Shown here: piece after piece, positions 56,363 to 64,000 of the stretch
Layout of the letters: the number at the start of each line of letters is the position of its first letter
Position numbering within the stretch: the first letter of the stretch is position 1
Assembly: GCA_035259385.1 (NCBI GenBank)
Contig: DATFWL010000130.1
Location: 33,319 to 97,318, forward strand
Length of the DNA: 64,000 bases
Direction: 5' to 3'
Origin: Vicinamibacterales bacterium
GTDB taxonomy: Bacteria; Acidobacteriota; Vicinamibacteria; Vicinamibacterales; CAVVIG01
Notes under the pieces: generated by a model
Database searches by the model: none
Seen by the model: the letters and a program-made list of their open reading frames with translations, nothing else
Told to the model about the DNA's origin: nothing
Made by a program: the position numbers and the translations under genes

Positions 56363-58390
56363 ATGATGCCCGGTCCTTCGCGAGTCGAACTCGCCCGCCT
56401 GCGCGACGAGGCCCGCGCGGTCGTTCGCTCGGTGGCCGTCGGGTTCGCTCGCCGGCTCGACGACGATCACGTCTCGGTGCTGTGCTCGCACGCGAACGGC
56501 ATCAGCGAGCAGATCGTCGGCACCGCCGACGCGCCGGAGGCGCTGCTGCCGGCCGCAGACGGCAGACGCGGCGTCGGCGCCGCGGATCTGTGCGCCAACC
56601 CCGAAGGCGCCGTCGAGTGGCAGCTTCGGCTCACCGGCGTCACGCAGATTGCATCAGTCGACGTGCCCTCGTCCTCGGAGCCCACGCGATTCTGGATCGG
56701 GTTGGCGGACGCCGCGCCGCCTGCGCCGGATACGCTGGCCGCGATCGAGACGATCGGGCGTCGCAGCCTGCCGATCCTGAATCGAGCGCCGTCGGCCGAG
56801 GAATCGGTCGAGCACCTGTTGCGCCTGGAAGCCGCGGCGGCGCTGCTGCCGACGCTGGGCCAGGTCCTCGACGTCGGCGATGTAATCGAGCACTTGTCGA
56901 TCGTGGCGCGGCGGGCGCTGCCGCACGATCTCCTGTTCCTGCGCTTCTTCGGCGACGATCTGTCGAAGATTGTTCTGTTCGCGCGGAACGCGCGCGGCGT
57001 CGACATCGATCCGGTGCTGCCGCACCTGTACCCGCCGGCACTGACCCGCACCTGGAACTTCGACATCATCGACGATCTCGCCTGCCACCCGCTCGAGCGC
57101 GATCGGCCTCCGCTCTGGATGGGCGCGCGGTCGTCGATTCGCGTGCCAATCAAGCTCGACGATCGCGTCGTCGGCGGGATCGCGTTCATGTCGTTCGAGC
57201 CCCACACCTACGCGATCGACGACGTCGAGGTCGGCCGCCGACTGGCCGACCATCTGGCGGTGGCGGTGTCGCGTCAACGCCTCGTCGAGCAGGCGCGCCA
57301 GAACGAAACGCTGAGCGTGAGAGCCACGAAAAGCGCGGCGCTCGTCAAACGCGACGACGAAGCGACTCCGAGGGCCTCAACGCTCGAGCTGCGGGTGAAG
57401 TCGCTCGCCGAGGAGTTGGACGCCGGCACCGGCTACCGGCGCGTCGTCGGCGACTCGCCGCAGTGGCGCGGTGTGCTCAGGCAGGCGATGCAGGTCGCGT
57501 CCACCGACACGACGTCGCTGCTGCTCGGAGAGTCGGGCACCGGCAAGGAAGTGATCGCGCGCTTTCTGCACCGCGCCTCGCCACGCGCGGCCGGTCCGTT
57601 CGTCGCGCTGAACTGCGCGGCGCTGCCGGAGCAGCTGCTCGAGGCGGAGCTGTTCGGCTACGAACGCGGCGCCTTCACTGGCGCGACCCAGAGCAAGCCC
57701 GGGCAGCTCGAACAGGCCGCGGGCGGCACGCTGTTCCTCGATGAAGTCGGCGAGATGAGCCCGTCGGCGCAGGCGAAGTTCCTGCGGGTACTCCAGGAGC
57801 GCGAGTTCCAGCGGCTCGGCGGGACGAGAGTCCTGCGCACGGACGCGCGCATCGTGGCCGCAACCAATCGCGATCTGCGACGCGCGATCGCGCAGGGTCA
57901 CTTCCGCGAAGACCTGTTCTACCGGCTGAACGTGTTCGCGATCCGCCTGCCGCCGCTGCGTGATCGGCGGGACGACATCCTGGTGCTCGCCGAGGCGTTC
58001 CTCGCCGACATCGCCCGCGGCCTCGGGTGCCCGCCAGCCGGCATCTCGCGCGACGCGCGGCGGATGCTGATCGACTACTCGTGGCCCGGCAACGTCCGCG
58101 AGCTGCGCAACTCGCTCGAGCGGGCGGCGATCCTCTGCGACGGCGGGCTGATCACGACCGACCACCTGTCGTTGTGTCCTCTGCCCGCGGCTGTGGCACC
58201 GCCGGACACGACCAAACGTGCCGGACCCGCTTCACCGCCGTCGTCAATCGACGAGCTGCGATCGATTGAGCGGTCGATGATCGAGGAAGCCCTGCGCGAG
58301 GCGCGGTACAACAAGTCGAAGGCGGCCAAGGCGCTCGGGCTGACACGCCAGCAGCTGTACGTCAGGCTGCGCAAGCATGCCATCGAGTAG
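56363..58390 (+). CDS. sigma-54-dependent transcriptional activator (unassigned N-domain, one GAF, AAA+, Fis-type HTH)
   Basis: GESGTGKE Walker [20 protein letters not shown]-terminal [26 protein letters not shown]-like block …[25 protein letters not shown]…. Start chosen at ATG 56363, after the small ORF stop. Confidence 0.9.
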   Translation: MMPGPSRVELARLRDEARAVVRSVAVGFARRLDDDHVSVLCSHANGISEQIVGTADAPEALLPAADGRRGVGAADLCANPEGAVEWQLRLTGVTQIASVDVPSSSEPTRFWIGLADAAPPAPDTLAAIETIGRRSLPILNRAPSAEESVEHLLRLEAAAALLPTLGQVLDVGDVIEHLSIVARRALPHDLLFLRFFGDDLSKIVLFARNARGVDIDPVLPHLYPPALTRTWNFDIIDDLACHPLERDRPPLWMGARSSIRVPIKLDDRVVGGIAFMSFEPHTYAIDDVEVGRRLADHLAVAVSRQRLVEQARQNETLSVRATKSAALVKRDDEATPRASTLELRVKSLAEELDAGTGYRRVVGDSPQWRGVLRQAMQVASTDTTSLLLGESGTGKEVIARFLHRASPRAAGPFVALNCAALPEQLLEAELFGYERGAFTGATQSKPGQLEQAAGGTLFLDEVGEMSPSAQAKFLRVLQEREFQRLGGTRVLRTDARIVAATNRDLRRAIAQGHFREDLFYRLNVFAIRLPPLRDRRDDILVLAEAFLADIARGLGCPPAGISRDARRMLIDYSWPGNVRELRNSLERAAILCDGGLITTDHLSLCPLPAAVAPPDTTKRAGPASPPSSIDELRSIERSMIEEALREARYNKSKAAKALGLTRQQLYVRLRKHAIE

Positions 58391-58531
58391 ACGGACGCAG
58401 GACAGGCTGGCCGGAAGGACGCACCTTGTCGGTTTGTGCGCAGGACGCGCTCGACGTGCCGTGCGGGGCTGGCGATGGTCAACCGCCGGCGTGTGTGCCA
58501 CTTAGACGCGTTGACGGATCGACGCGGCGCA

Positions 58532-58546
58532 TGGCGCCCCGTTTGC
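58532..58546 (+). promoter_or_regulatory. sigma-54 type promoter TGGCGC-cccgt-TTGCc
   Basis: Matches TGGCAC-N5-TTGC at 8 of 10 specified positions with exact spacing. It lies 32 nt upstream of the GTG start of small ORF B. GGGGAG SD at 58561-58566. Confidence 0.65.
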
Positions 58547-58577
58547 CTTGCAGCATGAGCGGGGAGACGCGAACGCT

Positions 58578-58841
58578 GTGACGCAACGGAGCATCGAGAT
58601 CGTCATCGGACGGCTGCTGACCGACGAGGAGTTTCGCGACACGTTTCTGAGCAATCCGTACCGTGCGCTGGGCGGCCTGCTCGAACACGGCACGGAGTTG
58701 AGCCACGCCGAGATCGCCGCGCTGATCGCGGTCGATGTGAGCCTCTGGCTGCGCGTCGCAGAACAGATCGATCCGCGGCTGCAGAAGGCCAGCTTGAAAC
58801 CGCCGCCTCGCGACGCTGACGCGTCCGACAGCGGCATGTGA
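58578..58841 (+). CDS. small helical protein B (87 aa), uncharacterised; paralog of 56079-56318
   Basis: GTG start downstream of the predicted transcription start. Sequence MTQRSIEIVIGRLLTDEEFRDTFLSNPYRALGGLLEHGTELSHAEIAALIAVDVSLWLRVAEQIDPRLQKA plus an acidic, Pro-rich tail. Confidence 0.65.
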   Translation: MTQRSIEIVIGRLLTDEEFRDTFLSNPYRALGGLLEHGTELSHAEIAALIAVDVSLWLRVAEQIDPRLQKASLKPPPRDADASDSGM

Positions 58842-59021
58842 GTTCGTCCCGCCTTCATCTCCCGCCGTGGCGACGGCCTGCCGCAGTCCTTGCGACGGAA
58901 CGAGCCACGACCACCCGCCCCACTCCTGCCTGCGACGGCGCTTGACCGGATTCCGGTCGAGCGCCGCCCACGATCGTCGACTGCTGCCACTATCTGAGCG
59001 CTATGTGAGACTGTGCGCTCG

Positions 59022-60897
59022 ATGGCCGTGGCCGACACAGCGAGCGACAGGATCCGCGCCCTCCACCGGACAGCGGCAGCCGATTTTGCAGGGAGCGGTG
59101 TCGGCGTCGTGCGGAGCGACGGACCCGATCACCTCGAGCTCCAGTACGTGGACTGTCTGGGCGCGACGGCCTACCGCGTTCCAGTCGATCAGATGCCCGA
59201 GGCGTTCAGGCCGTCCCGCCGACGTGAGGCATCTGTCCGCCGAGGATCTCGAACGGAATGCCGCACGGCTCGTCGAGTCTCGCGTGCTCAACGCGAGCCT
59301 GCCCGAGCACGTCCGCGGCCCGCGTCCGATCCGGCAGGTCTTCACGCTGCCGCTGCACGATCACGATGAAGAGATGCTGCTGATCGTTGCGCTGGCCGAC
59401 AACGATCCGCCGCTGCCCGCCCGGATCTCGGCGATCGAGCGCTCGCCGCTCGCGCCGCGGACGATCCGGCGGCGCCTCCCTCCGACGAGATCGGCCTGCT
59501 GCGCCGCCTCGCAGCTGTCGAACGGCTGTTGCCGGCGTTTTTCCGTGTGCTCGACGTTCGCGAGATCTTCGACCGCCTGTCGGCGATCACCAGGGACGTG
59601 CTGCGCCACGACTTCGCCTCGCTCGGCGTCCTCGGCGAGAGCCTCGACCGGATCGACGTCTACGCGCAGACCACCGCCGGGTCGGCTCCGCAGGACGGCC
59701 CGGTGCCGTTTCCGCGCGTGCAGACCGAGACGTGGCAGTACCGCTTCGTCGACGATTTGACGGCGAGTCCGATGGACCGCGACCAGCCGATCGTGAGAGA
59801 CGGCGGCCGTTCGTCGATCCGGGTCGCCGTCCGCCTCGATGAGCGCGTCCTCGGCGCGCTCAATTTCACGTCCTGCGAGCCGATTCCGTACACCTCTGCC
59901 GACCTCGTCGTCGCGCGTCGCGTCGCCGACTACATCGCGCTGGCGCTCTCACACCAGCGCCTGGCCGACCAACACCGCCGGGCGGCGGCCCTGCGCGAGC
60001 GCGCCGCCAACCTGGAGGTGCTCGACGGGCTGCTGGCGACGCTGACCGGAGTCCTCGATATCCGCGAGGTGTTCGACCGCGTCTCGGCGATCGCGCAGCG
60101 CGTGCTGCCGCACGACGGGTTGACGCTGATGGAGATCATCGACGACGGCGCGAAGATCCGCATGCATGCGAGCATGGGCTTCGGGCCGCTGCCGACGCCG
60201 TACGAATACTCGCCGGGCAGGATCCGTCTGCTCAGCCAGCCGAACGAATACAAGGTGATCGCGGATATGCGCGAGCAGCCGGAATACGCGGCGAGCCCGG
60301 CGCTCGCGGCGGGCATGCGCGCGCTGCTCGTGACCTCGATTCGCGTCGAGGGCCGTCAGTACGGCGGCCTGACCTTCTACTCGAAGCAGCCCGGCCGCTA
60401 TACACGCGACGATGCGCTGATCGCCGGCCGCATTGCCGACCATGTCGCGCTCGCGCTGTCGCATCACCGCCTCGCCGAGCAGGCCCGCCGCAACGAAGAA
60501 CTGCGCGCGCGCGCCGAGAAGAGCGACCTGATCGATGAGGCGCTCGCATCGGTGCTCGACACCGGCGACCTGCAGGCCGCCTTCGATCGCGTCTCGAACG
60601 TCGTGCAGAAGGTGCTGCCGCACGACGCGCTGCTGCTCGCGGTGCGCCTGCGTGAGGGCCAGCGCGCCAGGGTCTACGCCGCCAGGACGTCGAGCGCCCG
60701 GCCGTTCCCGGAGATCGTCGACGTCCCGCCGCGGCTCGTTGCCGATCCGAGCTGGGAATTCGATCTCGTCGACGACCTGCAGGCGTCGCCGGATCAGCAG
60801 CATCTGTGGACGACGCAGCAGGGCGCGCAAGTACGGTCTCGAGTAACCACCAGAAGTTTGCGGATCCCCGCCTTGCCGTGTGCGACCATACCACGCC

Positions 60898-60923
<26 letters not shown>
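59022..60923 (+). pseudogene. decayed paralog of the multi-GAF sigma-54 activator: two frameshifts, truncated inside GAF3, no AAA+ or HTH domain
   Basis: Colinear homology to 60898-63942 runs in frame 0 (59022 to ~59215), frame +1 (~59215 to ~59440) and frame 0 again (~59440 to ~60830). GC3 bias follows the same switches. Similarity ends at …DLVDDLQASPDQQHLW…, where the intact paralog continues. Confidence 0.7.
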
Positions 60924-63942
<3,019 letters not shown>

Positions 63943-64000
63943 AGCCGACAGCCTGGCGACGACCCGGACAGGTTGTACCTTTTTGCGCAACCCGAATCGG

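Noticed and set aside
60861-60877. Sigma-54-like sequence cGGATCCCCGCCTTGCC just upstream of the three-GAF EBP, resembling the promoters of units A and B.
   Set aside because: The GG-to-GC spacing is 11 nt rather than 10. It lies only about 20 nt before the ATG with no SD. It is more likely a relic of a former module promoter than a working one, and I could not support it as a feature.

Overview
High-GC (roughly 68-70% by eye) chromosomal segment. It is most likely from an Acidobacteriota-type soil bacterium, inferred from an ADOP-type duplicated MacB/FtsX permease, a CarboxypepD_reg-type TonB receptor, sortilin/BNR and NHL propeller proteins. I support about 45 protein-coding genes, 3 gene remnants, 4 sigma-54-type promoters, 1 SECIS-like hairpin and about 16 intergenic hairpin or low-complexity repeat elements. 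I saw no rRNA, tRNA, CRISPR array, transposase or integrase. Content is mostly secreted hydrolases, transporters and envelope proteins. All calls rest on motif recognition, third-position GC bias and start/stop geometry; no database search was run. Many long arginine-rich ORFs in the track are antisense or out-of-frame shadows of real genes and were discarded. Main points of interest: (1) A secreted peroxiredoxin has a single in-frame TGA exactly at the peroxidatic Cys of the PxxxTxxC motif, followed by a SECIS-like stem-loop, so it is a probable selenoprotein that the ORF track splits in two. (2) A tandem array of paralogous sigma-54 modules lies at 55.4-64 kb. Each module is a -24/-12 promoter, an ~80-aa helical protein and a multi-GAF enhancer-binding protein. 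One copy is frameshifted and truncated, a degenerate receiver plus MFS gene sits on a divergent sigma-54 promoter, and the array probably continues past the right edge. (3) A five-gene, translationally coupled operon (SPFH, unknown, family-5 SBP, histidine kinase, NtrC-type regulator) sits behind its own sigma-54 promoter, next to a DUF2339/DUF3999 pair. (4) Almost every intergenic gap holds a hairpin whose arms are built from degenerate 7-9 nt tandem words (aagaatt, ggggctn, cacgaag, ggtcaggta, ctgccttc, gggacgga) or a GTAGCGCGAAGGC REP-like core. Some of these supply terminal codons to genes.
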